A stretch of DNA of 63,448 bases, counting the filler, from Chrysochromulina tobinii (lineage: Eukaryota): the NCBI GenBank assembly GCA_001275005.1. It is 9 parts of 9 records of this genome, joined end to end, with 100 filler letters (N's around TTAATTAATTAA, not from the genome) between each part and the next. Parts side by side here need not be neighbours in the genome. Positions count along the whole stretch, not along the records: positions 30,827 to 51,059 come from JWZX01000731.1; positions 51,160 to 53,765 come from JWZX01000732.1; 7 more parts are not named here. One strand, given 5' to 3'. The position numbers and the translations under genes were made by a program. Below, piece after piece: positions 43,269 through 53,865 of the stretch. A model generated the notes under the pieces. That model was given only the letters and a program-made list of their open reading frames with translations. It ran no database searches and was not told the DNA's origin. Numbering within the stretch: the stretch's first letter is position 1; each line of letters begins with the position of its first letter.

Positions 43269-44624
43269 ATGGCTGGAATGCCGTCGCGCGGAGCCAGCAC
43301 TTTCGCCAGGTTCCTCTTCCTCGGCGGCGCCTATGGTCAAAGTTGCGCCAGCAGCAATGACCTAACTTGCATCACGGACGTCAGTCCCTGTGCTTGCCCA
43401 TGCATCAGTGGCTTCACGTGCACGACGTTTATGAACTTATTGAACGTCACATGTTTCGCAGCGACGGCTATCTTTGTCAATCCCAACAGGTCAGGCTGCT
43501 GCCCGAGATGCAATCCACCTCCGCCACCGTATCCGCCATTCTCGCCGCCTCCGCCGCCCTCTTCGCCTCCGCTACCGCCCCCGCCCTCGCCACCGCCGCC
43601 ATCGCCACCGCCGCCATCGCCGCAGCCACTGCGGCCACCATCGCCACCGCCGCCCTCTCCTCCGCCGCCTTCTCCTCCGCCTTTGCCGCCTCCACCATCA
43701 CCTCCACCGCCTTCGCCTCCGCCGCCGTCAATGCCACCACCCTCGCCGCCGCCCTCGCCGCCGCCGCCCTCACCACCACCGCCATCGCCTCCGCCTCCGT
43801 CTCCTCCGCCGCCGTCGCCGCCGCCGCCTTCACCGCCGCCGCCGTCACCACCACCGCCCTCACCTCCGCCACCATCGCCCCCGCCGCCGTCGCCACCGCC
43901 GCCGTCACCACCACCATCTCCACCGCCCTCACCACCACCGCCATCGCCTCCGCCCTCGCCGCCGCCGCCCTCGCCCTCGCCGCAGCCGCCCTCGCCGCCC
44001 TACATCGTCGAGGTGACACTGGTGGCTTCGGGCGACGTGAGCGACTACACGGACTTGGTGCGCGCCTCGATCGTAGAAGCCTTCGCGGCGGCGGCCAACG
44101 TGCCAGCCTCGTCCGTTCGTCTCACAGTCACATCGGGCTCCGTACGCCTGTCGCTGAGCATCGCCGCCGCTACGCTCGCGGCTGCTCAGACGGTCGAGGC
44201 GGTCCTCGCGCCGGTTCTGAGCAGCGCCGCCAGTGCCTCGGCGCTTCTGCCACCGGGCCTCTCCGTAACCGCCACGCCCGTGGTGCAGCTCATCGACTCG
44301 TCGCAGTCGACGCCGCCGGTGGCGTTGGCGGCGGCGACACTGGCGGTGGGTGCAATCATCGCAATCGTCGTGGCCTCCGGCGTGGTGGTGCTTGGTACGG
44401 CGCTGCTGTTTGCCCTGCGAGCTGGCTGGTGCAAGCGCATACCAGCGACCGATGATGCAAACTCGCCCAAGGATGCGAAACCACCCAAGACGCAGATGAG
44501 GGGGGTCCACACGAATGACATACAGATGAACAGCCCAGAGATGAGCGCTCCACACGCGAGGTCGCCTCAGAGGTCGCCGCAAGCATCCCCGCCGAGGTCG
44601 CCGAAAGCTTCGATGGTCGTCTAG
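43269..44624 (+). CDS. Type I membrane protein: signal, Cys-rich domain, SPPPP repeats, TM
   Basis: Cys-rich N-terminus, ~160-aa Ser-Pro run, VEVTLVASGDVSDY module and hydrophobic TM near the C-terminus. Confidence 0.75.
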   Translation: MAGMPSRGASTFARFLFLGGAYGQSCASSNDLTCITDVSPCACPCISGFTCTTFMNLLNVTCFAATAIFVNPNRSGCCPRCNPPPPPYPPFSPPPPPSSPPLPPPPSPPPPSPPPPSPQPLRPPSPPPPSPPPPSPPPLPPPPSPPPPSPPPPSMPPPSPPPSPPPPSPPPPSPPPPSPPPPSPPPPSPPPPSPPPPSPPPPSPPPPSPPPPSPPPSPPPSPPPPSPPPSPPPPSPSPQPPSPPYIVEVTLVASGDVSDYTDLVRASIVEAFAAAANVPASSVRLTVTSGSVRLSLSIAAATLAAAQTVEAVLAPVLSSAASASALLPPGLSVTATPVVQLIDSSQSTPPVALAAATLAVGAIIAIVVASGVVVLGTALLFALRAGWCKRIPATDDANSPKDAKPPKTQMRGVHTNDIQMNSPEMSAPHARSPQRSPQASPPRSPKASMVV

Positions 44625-44996
44625 AGCTCCCTCGGCGAGCTCGAAAGCCATCAAGCGGCGTGATGACGCATTTGCTCTAGGAGGCAGCGAGAGTTCAGTT
44701 GCGAGATCGTGCGAGTGCCGAGTGGTGCCGTGATGCGTGAATGTGAAAAAGCTTCACGCCTTGAAGAACAATTGATATCACATACCGCCCAGGATCACAC
44801 ACCGCCCCAACTATCTCCTTGTGTTTCACGAGGAGTGGGTAACGTTCACACTCCCTATTCACACTCGCACGGCTCGAAGAAGTCTTTTTGGCTCACCGGT
44901 GTGCCGTCCCTGGCCACGGCCATCGAGGTTCTAGAACCGGGAACCACGTGGCCCTTCCCAAGACGTGGGGTTGTGCTTAGTAGACCGCCTGCGGGG

Positions 44997-46199
44997 ATGG
45001 AGAATGTCGAAATGGCCGATGGAGAAGACGACGGCGACGGCGGCGACGATGGCGGCGACGACGCAGTGCTGGTGATGATGCAGGCTCAGGAGTCCTCAAA
45101 GGCCCGGGGTTACGTTCGGATTCGTGACGGCGACTCCAATCGACCAGTCGAGTATAAGGTGAAGGGCATCCACTTATTCGCAATGTTGCACTCGACCAAG
45201 GAGGAAACTCTCCTCACATGGCCCGTGCTGTTGAGCGCACTCACCATCCTTGTGCAGTGTGTGATCCTGAATGGCTTCCTCTTCGCCTACTTCGTGAGCG
45301 TGTCCCAAAAAGCGCACAGGACGTGGACGTGGGATGCCATCGTTTTTGAAGACGCGGACGGAGGGCTCTCGGAGAAGCTAGCTGGCTTGGCGTGCACCTT
45401 GCTCGCGCCTCTCTTTCTGCTGGTGAAGCTGCAGTCCAACAAGGAGTTCCAGCAGATCGCCATGTTCCGAGCCATGCTGGACAAACTCTATCCGGCGGAG
45501 GGGCAGGCGGGGAGTGCCCGGCCTCGTGGCCACTTCCTCTACTGGGCGGCCGTCTACCAGTTCCGCGTGGTCTGGATCGTGCCGTACGTGATCTTCGTCA
45601 ACGCGGCCTTCGTCGCATCGACGACCAACATTCGACTCATCCTCGTCATGGTCCTGGTCGCCGCGTACCTGCTCGAAGTCGACGACTACATGTTCCAGGC
45701 CCTGGCTCTCCTCGGCCCAGGCGGGGAGCCTAGCAAGGAGTTCGACGAGCACACGAGCATCGAGGTGGAAAAGTCAACCGTCGCCGCGTGCGCCATGATG
45801 CACGTGCGCAGCGTTCGATTCATGACCCTCGTGCAGGGCGTCCTCATGATCATCATCAAGCTCCACCCATGGATGGTCGCCGCGTGGATGATCCCCGTCA
45901 TCGGGTACGTCTTCGGCGCGCTCACGGCGTCCGAGATCCCCCAGATCCAATCCTCCCGCGATCTCGATCTCCTCCTCGTCATCTCGCTCACCGTCGCATG
46001 GATCTTTGGCATGCGCTGTGTCCTCTTGCCCGTGTGCGGAGAGGACTCGTACTTCTTCCAGGTCGAGAGCTTCTTCAGCACGCGTCCTGGCATCTGGCTC
46101 ATGTCGCTCTGGACCGATTTCCCGCCGCCCCCGCCTCCCATGGATTTGCGACCTCCACCCCCATCGCCCCTGCCGCCGATGCGCTTGTCCACAATGTGA
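44997..46199 (+). CDS. Multi-pass membrane protein of unknown function
   Basis: About 7 hydrophobic helices and strong GC3 codon bias. Confidence 0.7.
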   Translation: MENVEMADGEDDGDGGDDGGDDAVLVMMQAQESSKARGYVRIRDGDSNRPVEYKVKGIHLFAMLHSTKEETLLTWPVLLSALTILVQCVILNGFLFAYFVSVSQKAHRTWTWDAIVFEDADGGLSEKLAGLACTLLAPLFLLVKLQSNKEFQQIAMFRAMLDKLYPAEGQAGSARPRGHFLYWAAVYQFRVVWIVPYVIFVNAAFVASTTNIRLILVMVLVAAYLLEVDDYMFQALALLGPGGEPSKEFDEHTSIEVEKSTVAACAMMHVRSVRFMTLVQGVLMIIIKLHPWMVAAWMIPVIGYVFGALTASEIPQIQSSRDLDLLLVISLTVAWIFGMRCVLLPVCGEDSYFFQVESFFSTRPGIWLMSLWTDFPPPPPPMDLRPPPPSPLPPMRLSTM

Positions 46200-46359
46200 T
46201 TGTGCGGTTGTGACATGCCGTGGAGCGGGTTCATGACGTTAGGAGCTCGTGAACTTTTGAGGATGAGGGTGAGGGCAAGGGTTCTAGGACCGGACGAGAG
46301 TCAGAAGTTGCATACTACACCACAGACCACACCCGACCCCCCCCGGGCCGACGCCCGGC

Positions 46360-46514
46360 CACTGAGTTCAAAATCATGTGGTGGGGATAGTGTGTGAATC
46401 CAGAAAGAATACCCTCCCCTACCCCTTTGGGTCAACCACTGAGTTCAAAATCAGGTGGTGGGGATAGTGTGTGAATCCAGAAAGAATACCCTCCCACCTA
46501 CCCCTTTGGGTCAA
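46360..46514 (+). mobile_element. Head-to-tail dimer of the 77-bp unit
   Basis: Units at 46360-46435 and 46437-46514 are near-identical to the reverse complement of 27251-27326. Flanks are GGC and G-GGC. Confidence 0.9.
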
Positions 46515-46977
46515 GGGCCCGCCCGCACGCGGCGAGCGCGGGCCCGGCGGACATGGGCTGTCGTGTGAGTCTGAGACTGAGCGCGTGCGTGTGCTCGTGT
46601 CGTGTGAGAGCCTCGAAACAAGCGCCAAGCGGAGAAAACCCCGATTATACATTATTGCGAAGGACGAAGGTGGAAGGTGACGGAAAGAGTGGTAGAGTCG
46701 CATCTTGAGTCGCATACACCGCGACCTACACCGCACCCCACCCCACTTTTCCCCGGGCATTGTCGATTGTGGCCGTGTGAAAGAGAGCCTCGAACCGAAG
46801 CGAACCGACCAGGACGATGGAAAACAATATTACGAGACACTGTGTTTGTCACCCAAACGACACGTATGCACGTACACAACGAACATGCCGCCATCATATG
46901 ACCACGATCATCGAGAAAGCCGATTCCCCCACGGCTCACAACTCAGCGACTCACGCAGGTGTCCGAGAGGTCAACTG

Positions 46978-47910
46978 TCATGCCTCATAGGTATCGTTGC
47001 CGTGATTGCCTTGGGAAACGTACGCTCTGTCGATCCCAAGACATGTATCGACCAGTCCCAAGATCGTGTTCATGGAATCGGGCACCGTGAGCACCGTGCC
47101 AGGGTGTGGGATGGAATTGATCTTGCCCAGGTGCTCCTGCACACGATATATCATCAGCAACGAGTCCGAGTCTGTATATTTGGCCCACTGATCTTTGTAG
47201 CCGGGCAACTTGTCCTCAAATCGGATGGGAAGCACAGGAATACCCTTCCTGATGGCCGCGTTGATCTCCTTCAAACACGGCTTGGACTCGAATAATGCCG
47301 CAGTCAGCACGACGATGAGCACCTTGGCTTGTGCAAATCGCGAGTTCAGGCGCAGCTTGAAGACTTCCCAATCTGTACCCGGTGGGACGTGCAGCCCGCT
47401 GAAGCATCGCACGCCGCGCTCATGGAGGAGCCCGAGAATCCCCGCCGCATAATACATGCCCGGCCCGGCGCCTTCGCAGTCCCTCCCGGAACGGCGACCC
47501 GACGCGTACGAGATCACCACCTCGGGATAGAAGTCGTCGAACTGCACGCCCTCTGGCATAAATTGCGAGAGCACTCGGCTCTTCACGGTCTGCGTCATCT
47601 GCTCGGTGATCACGCCTGGCACTGCGAAGTATTCCTCAGCATTCCAGCTCTCCGGCAGTTGCGAGCGTACTGCACGCCGCTCTGGCGGCGCCGACCCCGC
47701 GGCCAGCGCATTTACCGGCGCATCTGACCACAGTCCCCACTGATTGAGGATCGCGGCCGCAGCAATTGTGCTCGCCTGCGCAATGGCCTTCCCTGCCTGT
47801 GCTGCCGCCTGCTCCGTGAGCTTCTCAGCCTGCGCAGCCGCCTGCTCCTTGAGCTTCTCCTTGAGCTTCTCAGCCTGCGCAGCCGCCTGCACCTTGAGAT
47901 ATGCAAACAT
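46978..47910 (-). CDS. TIR-domain (TIR_2-like) protein with N-terminal coiled coil
   Basis: VVISYASG, GVRCFSG..PPGTDW, AKVLIVVLTAALFESKPCLKEINAA (conserved Glu) and IPVLPIRFE. Confidence 0.85.
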   Translation of the reverse strand: MFAYLKVQAAAQAEKLKEKLKEQAAAQAEKLTEQAAAQAGKAIAQASTIAAAAILNQWGLWSDAPVNALAAGSAPPERRAVRSQLPESWNAEEYFAVPGVITEQMTQTVKSRVLSQFMPEGVQFDDFYPEVVISYASGRRSGRDCEGAGPGMYYAAGILGLLHERGVRCFSGLHVPPGTDWEVFKLRLNSRFAQAKVLIVVLTAALFESKPCLKEINAAIRKGIPVLPIRFEDKLPGYKDQWAKYTDSDSLLMIYRVQEHLGKINSIPHPGTVLTVPDSMNTILGLVDTCLGIDRAYVSQGNHGNDTYEA

Positions 47911-48079
47911 TGGATGGCTTCCGACCAGAAGAGCGAAAACTCCAAAGAAATGAACGAAAAGAACCGACAAATCGCTCGAAAATCGTCTTGAAAACGGCTG
48001 ACCTTTTCGCATGGTGACTGTCTTCGTTCGACCTTCCCATTTTTGGAGAGTTTTTGTGCATGTGTGTATTGAGGTGCGC

Positions 48080-48844
48080 ATGCTGCGTCGCGGCTTCCTG
48101 GTCGGATGTGCCGCTGCAGCGCCTCCGTCGAGCTCCGCCGCCGGCGCTATTGCGACACACGCGCGTCGGCCACTGCTAGTCAATGTCGACTTCGTTTCAG
48201 ACACGATGTGACCCCACGGGTTTGTCGGCAAGCGGTGGCTCATGAACGCGGTGGAGGCGCGCGGCGGCAACGCAACCTTCGAGTTACACCTCCGCCGCCG
48301 GCCCTTTTTCCTGTATCCTGGCGGCCATCACGCCATTCGGCCATGGGGTGATCGGCTGGATGCCATCTATCCGGGCGGCCGCGAGAGCATCCGGCGCCTG
48401 GGAGATCGCGCAGGTTTCTCCTTCAATTTCAACGCACCGCTCTCCGACACGATGGATTCGCACCGCCTGTATGTTTGGGCCGAGCGCCAGGGGGTCGGCA
48501 AGGGCGAGGCCCTCGCTCAGGCCGTTGGGCACCAATACTTCGAAAAGGCTCAGGCGCTCTCGGACCGCGCGATGCTCTGCGGCTGTGCGGCCGTGGTCGG
48601 GCTGGACGCCGAAGCAGCTCGACAGTACCTCGAGAGCGACGCGGGCTACGACGTGGTCGAGCAGGAGGTGCAGGACAACCTGCGCCTGGGGATCCACTCG
48701 ATCCCTGTCTTCATCTTCCGGAGCGCAGGGCTCGAGGCAGTCGTTCACGGCTCAGCAGATGTGGAGCGTTTTGGCCAGGTGCTTGACGAAATGCTCGCCG
48801 CTGCAGCGGCCAAGGGGGAGGAGGCGCCAAAGCAGGAGTTATGA
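48080..48844 (+). CDS. DsbA/FrnE-family oxidoreductase; probable selenoprotein (in-frame TGA at 48209-48211)
   Basis: VDFVSDTM(U)PHGFVGKRWL aligns to the FrnE pattern SDxxCPWCyiGkrrL. RPFFLYP, DTMDSHRL and GIHSIPVFIF follow in the same frame. Confidence 0.8.
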
Positions 48845-49151
48845 CACGCCTCGCAGCCCGAGGCTGACGGACAGGAGAACCACGTGATATCGGAGCGTGC
48901 ATGTCTCCGAGAGAGGCTGATGATGATGGCGCACGCTGATGGGGGCGAATGGGTCACAGCTCGCCCCGGCGCGACGCTGGAGGAAAAGCGCTTGCTCTCG
49001 GCCGGCTTTACGAATGTTGTTCCGTTTTTCACGTTTGAACATGACGGGAAATTGCAAGCACTTTTTCCCACCAAAAACAGAACTTGGCGCTTCACTCGCG
49101 CCAACTCCGAACACACCGGACCTCGTGCCTTTGCGCGCGCCCGCCCGCACG

Positions 49152-50606
49152 ATGGCCACGATGCACTCGCGCATCAAGAGCGCAACGCTCAAGTGCGACG
49201 TGCTCGCCTTTAGCGACGTCAAGCTCGCGACCGACTGCACCACGGTTGTCATCGGCCGGAGCCGCATCGCCGACTACCGCATCGAGCACCCGCAGGTCTC
49301 GGGGCTGCAGTGCACGATCACGCTACGCCAGGGCATCCTGACACTGCGCGACACGTCGACCAATGGAACGTACGTCGACGGCGAAGAGGTCGGCCGCGAC
49401 AACACCGTCGAGCTGCACCAGGGCTCGCTGGTCACGCTCCTCGTGCCGTCTGTGGATGAACGCGACGAGGAGTTTGGCGCGAGCATCCCCGCCTTCTCCG
49501 TGCACATGAGCGAGGACGACAAGCCCGTCCATCCGTTCAACGTCCGCATCTTCAACGCGGCCCTGGCCGCGCCGCGCGCCGCATCGCCACCGCTCGCGCC
49601 CTCGGCCGCGGCCAGCGGCGGCGACGCCCCCAGGCCAGCGTTGCAGGCCGCGGCCGGCGGCGGCGCCAAGCGCGCCGCCGCCGCACTGGACCCAGCGGCA
49701 TCAGCGTTCGTGGCGGCCAAGGGGGTCGACGCCAAGCGCCCCAAGCTCGACCAGCAGAAGGCCATTTCGCTCCTTGCGTCGGGGGCGCGGCAGGGCGGCG
49801 TGACAGCCGCGGCGCCTATCGCCCTCGAAACCAACAACCTTCGGCGCCGCTCAGCACGCCGTACAACGGGTGATATGAGCGCCGAGGACGCGGCGTGCGG
49901 CGTGCGCGTGCCCGTCGCCGTCGGCGGTGTCGGGCCGGCGCTTCGCGCGCGCGCGAGGGCGCACATGGCGGAACGCGATCGGCAGCCCCAGCCAGCCGCA
50001 GTGCCTCACATCGAGGCGCATGTAGGCCGTCAGTTGCGCGGCCGCGCGTCGAAGCGACACGCGGGCACGTTGCAGCGGCCGAGTGGACCGTCCCTTGGCC
50101 TCGAGCAGATCGGCACGGGCGCGCTCCGCGCTTTGCTCGCAAGGCTCCCTCTCCAGGCAGTGCTCAACCTGCGGGCGACCTCGTCAAAGCTCCTCGGATG
50201 CACGGTGCTCGTGGAGGCTCTAGGGCTCGAACGGCTCGCGTTCCCGATCGCGATCCCGCACGCGGCGGCGGTGCTGCGTAGCTTCCCCGCCCTGAGCACC
50301 CTCACCTTCCGGCGCCACTCCCTTGTTCGCTCCACCGACTGCCGGCTCGCTTCCCCCCTGAAGGCCGCCACGGTGAGCTCGCCCACAGAGGTGGCCGAAG
50401 CTAGCAGCGGGTGTGGCGGCACGTCCACCCGCGAGTCGTACGCGCTGCCGCCCGTGCCCTCGCCCATGGTGCTCGAAGCGGACGCCGACGCCGACGCGCA
50501 CTCTGCCGGCGCCGCCCACGCGACAGTGTTGCCCGTGGCGCTCACGCGAGGCCGCCGCTCGAGCGCGTTGTATGACGTGAAGCCCATCGCGGCCGTGAGC
50601 GCCGCT

Positions 50607-50641
<35 letters not shown>

Positions 50642-51059
50642 TGCTGCTGCTGCTGCCACCGCCGCCGCTGCCACCGTCGCCGCCGCCGCCGCCGCTGCCC
50701 GTGATGGTGCGAGGACGACCGCCGCCGTCTCACCGGCAGGGCCGATGGCACCATCCTCGGCAGGTACGAGCGCCGTAACGAGCCCCAAGCCCTCGTCGGC
50801 GCTCGGTACGGCGCTCGTCGATCCGGACGGGCGCGGCGCGGCGGCGCTCGGAACGGCGCTCGAGGGCGCCGCAGCCGAGAGCATCGGGAGCCTTCTCGCG
50901 ACCGCGGACTGCTTCGGCTCGCTCCAACGGCTGGCGCTGCCCGGCAACGACATCTTCGCGAGCGGGGCGGAGGAGATCGCACGCGCGTTGGGTCGGCTGG
51001 CCGAGAGCGCCGCATCGAGCGCTTCGTCGGCCAGCAGCGCGGCCAGCAGCGCCGGCGTC
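49152..51059 (+). CDS. FHA-domain protein with LRR-like C-terminus; 3'-truncated
   Basis: IGRS..VSGLQC..DTSTNGTYVDG forms the FHA domain. LQRLALPGNDIFASGAEEIARAL is an RI-like LRR. Confidence 0.8.
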
Positions 51060-51159
51060 NNNNNNNNNNNNNNNNNNNNNNNNNNNNNNNNNNNNNNNNN
51101 NNNTTAATTAATTAANNNNNNNNNNNNNNNNNNNNNNNNNNNNNNNNNNNNNNNNNNNN

Positions 51160-53765
51160 GGCGGCGGGGGCGCGGACGGCGCCGGCTGCTGCGTCGGGCT
51201 TGCGTTGAGCGCCTCTGACGCCGGCTGCTGCGTGACTGGCGTTCCCTCGGGCGCTTGCGCGGGCTGAACGACTGTCGCAGGCTCGTCCAGGCGCTTCCAC
51301 TTCCAGATGTTGACTAGATCGTGCCGTGGGTACATGCCGCCGTCGACGTCGTAGACGATGTCGTGCCGCAGCTCCCCGTTGGCCGTCGTGTGGATCTTGG
51401 TGACCGTGCCCGCGTACCACTGATCTGCCGTGCCCTTGCCTCGCCAGAAGACCGTCAGGCGCGTGCCGACGGGCGCGTCCGCCCGTGTGACCGGCGGCGG
51501 CGCTTCCTTGGGCGCCTTGATCGCGCTCGGCAGGAGGACGAGGGGCGCCGCCGTGCTCAGCTCGCACTGGATGGCTACGTCGTGCCTCAGCGCGCCCGCC
51601 GCCGTGCCGTCCGTGGCCAGCTCGAACTCGTCGAGGGGCCAGATGTACGGCTCCAGGGTGATCCGGTTGGTCGTCGGATTGTACAGCATGTACGAGGTGT
51701 GGTCGATGCCCACGAAAATGCCGTCGGCGACGCGGTTGCCCGCGCCCTTCCAGCCGATGCGCTCATTCTCGTCCTTGAGCCTCACGCATTTCGTGCCGAA
51801 CACGAAGGGGATCATCCCATTTTTGTCCCCGAAGTCCGGGACCTTGCCCGTGTGGCGCTGCATCCTCGTCGGCTCGCCCATCTTGGCCGGGCGGCGCACC
51901 GCGAGCCACACCGCGTACTTGCGGGCGAGGGCGATGAAGCGCCGGACGTTGTCGCCGAGGTTGCGCTTCGCCCTCGAAATCATGGCCTCCGTCGCGCGGT
52001 TGCACGGGTCCATGTGCGCCTCCGCCTTGTGCATCGACTCGTGCTCGCCCGAGGGTCCGATGACCACCTTGACTCTGAGCTCGGCCTCGACTCGGCGCTT
52101 GAGCTCTCCGCAGTCTAACTCGGGGCCCCGGTCGAGCTTGAATTCGTCGACGGTATGTCCGAGGGCCTTCTCCTCGACGAGCACGACCATGGTCATGAAG
52201 ACGAGCCACTCTTCGACGGTGTGCTTAGACATGTTCATGCCGTAGCCGAAGTCCGAGGGGCTGTCGTCCCAAGCGTGCAGCATGCACGTGGGAGGCGCCG
52301 CGCCGCGGCGATCCGGGATCTGCTTGACGACGCCGTGGGCCGGGTAGGTCGCCGCGTCGAGCACGAACACCTTGCCCGGAACGAACGTGCGCTTCGTCAC
52401 GTCGCGCTTGGCGTTCGTCGGGACGCGCTTCGCTACGCTGCCTCGGCGGTGCTGGTCCATCTCGATGGCGCGCATCGCCCTCGGTGTCAGGCTGCTCATC
52501 TTCATGTTGAGCACCGCCTTCTGCGTCGCCTGCAGGCCGTCGACGCCGGTCACGAGACGCGCCGCCCACACGTGAGCGGGCACGTCGCCTCGCTTCATCG
52601 TCGCCTCGAGCTCCTCGGCCTCGGTCGCGCTGGCCTCGGCGTTCTCCTGGGCGTCGAGCTTGACGAAGCCGAAGAGCAACCCGTTGTACTTGAGCGCCAG
52701 CCAGGTGTGGCCGTTCGGGAACGTGATGTCCCACGTGGCGTCGTCGTACTTCGTGCGATGAAGCCCGATCGTCGCGCCGAGCGCCTCGAGCGCCTGCGGC
52801 GGCACCACGTTGCGCTTCGCCTTCGGCGCGCGGTAGCCCTCGAGCTCGACGGGGCTGTGCTCGTTGGCGCCGCCCTTGACGTACATCGTGACGTTGGCGG
52901 TGCCCTCGTGCGTCAGCTTGCCCGACTGTGAGGCGGTGCCGAGAGCGCCCTTGGAGCTGTCGAGCGGCTTCGAGGCCGCGATCATCGCGTCCGTCTTGAT
53001 CAGGACGCAGTTGGCGCCGCTGTCGAAGTGGATCGTCTCGTATCCGACGAGGCACGGCGTGTTCGCGTCGTCGATGAACATCTGGTCGCGCATCGCCAGG
53101 AGATCTTCGTGGCCTTCGACTATGTGAGCGACGTCGCGCTCGGTGGCGCTCTGCTCGAGCTCGAGCACGGATGCCTCGCCCTCCGTGGTCCAGCTCTTCT
53201 CGTCCGCCTCCGGGACCGTCTCGAGCTCGCTCACCTCGTAGGGGACGTCGAAGTACTTGGCGTACACGTGGCCGAGGTCCTCGTACATCTTGCGGTTGAG
53301 CGGCCCCTTGGCCTGGCGCACCTCAGAGTTCGGCGGGTACTTGGACAGCAGGAACACGCACTTGAGCTTGGTGACCGCTGCCGCGCCCGGTGCCCCCGGA
53401 CAGTCGCGCCGCAGGCAGTTGGTGCACGGCCCGCAGGGGCAGTCGCGGGTGCCCTTCTCGGTGTTGCCGCACACGAAGCAGCCCCACGGCGGCCGCGTGC
53501 CTTGTGCGCCCTTACCGGCGCCTTTGCCTGCGCCTTTGCTTGCGCCCTTGCCTTTGCCGCCTTTGCCGCTGTCCGCGCCCTTGCCGCCCTTGCCGCCCTT
53601 GCCGCCCTTGCCTCCGCCTTTGCCGGTCACGGCGCCGCGGTAGTCGAGCGAGCTGGCCTCGGGGGTGGCGCTCTTCTTGATCTCGCCCGTCGCGTTGCGC
53701 AGCCGCACCGCGATCTTGAGGAGGAAGTCGTCCCACTCCGGCATCAAGTCCGTACCATCGCGTTG
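51160..53765 (-). mobile_element. Ty1/copia-like retrotransposon polyprotein fragment (Gag knuckle - PR - IN - Tudor-like)
   Basis: CFVCG knuckle, FDSGAN protease, integrase VLD...LDRGPE...KAE and FGTKC..GIFVGID..YMLYNP. Integrase directly follows the protease, which is the copia order. Confidence 0.8.
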
Positions 53766-53865
53766 NNNNNNNNNNNNNNNNNNNNNNNNNNNNNNNNNNN
53801 NNNNNNNNNTTAATTAATTAANNNNNNNNNNNNNNNNNNNNNNNNNNNNNNNNNNNNNNNNNNNN

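Noticed and set aside
48242..48844. DsbA starting at ATG 48242, or a pseudogene
   Set aside because: A start at 48242 would omit the active-site strand. A TGA exactly at the catalytic Cys with an otherwise intact frame favours selenocysteine.
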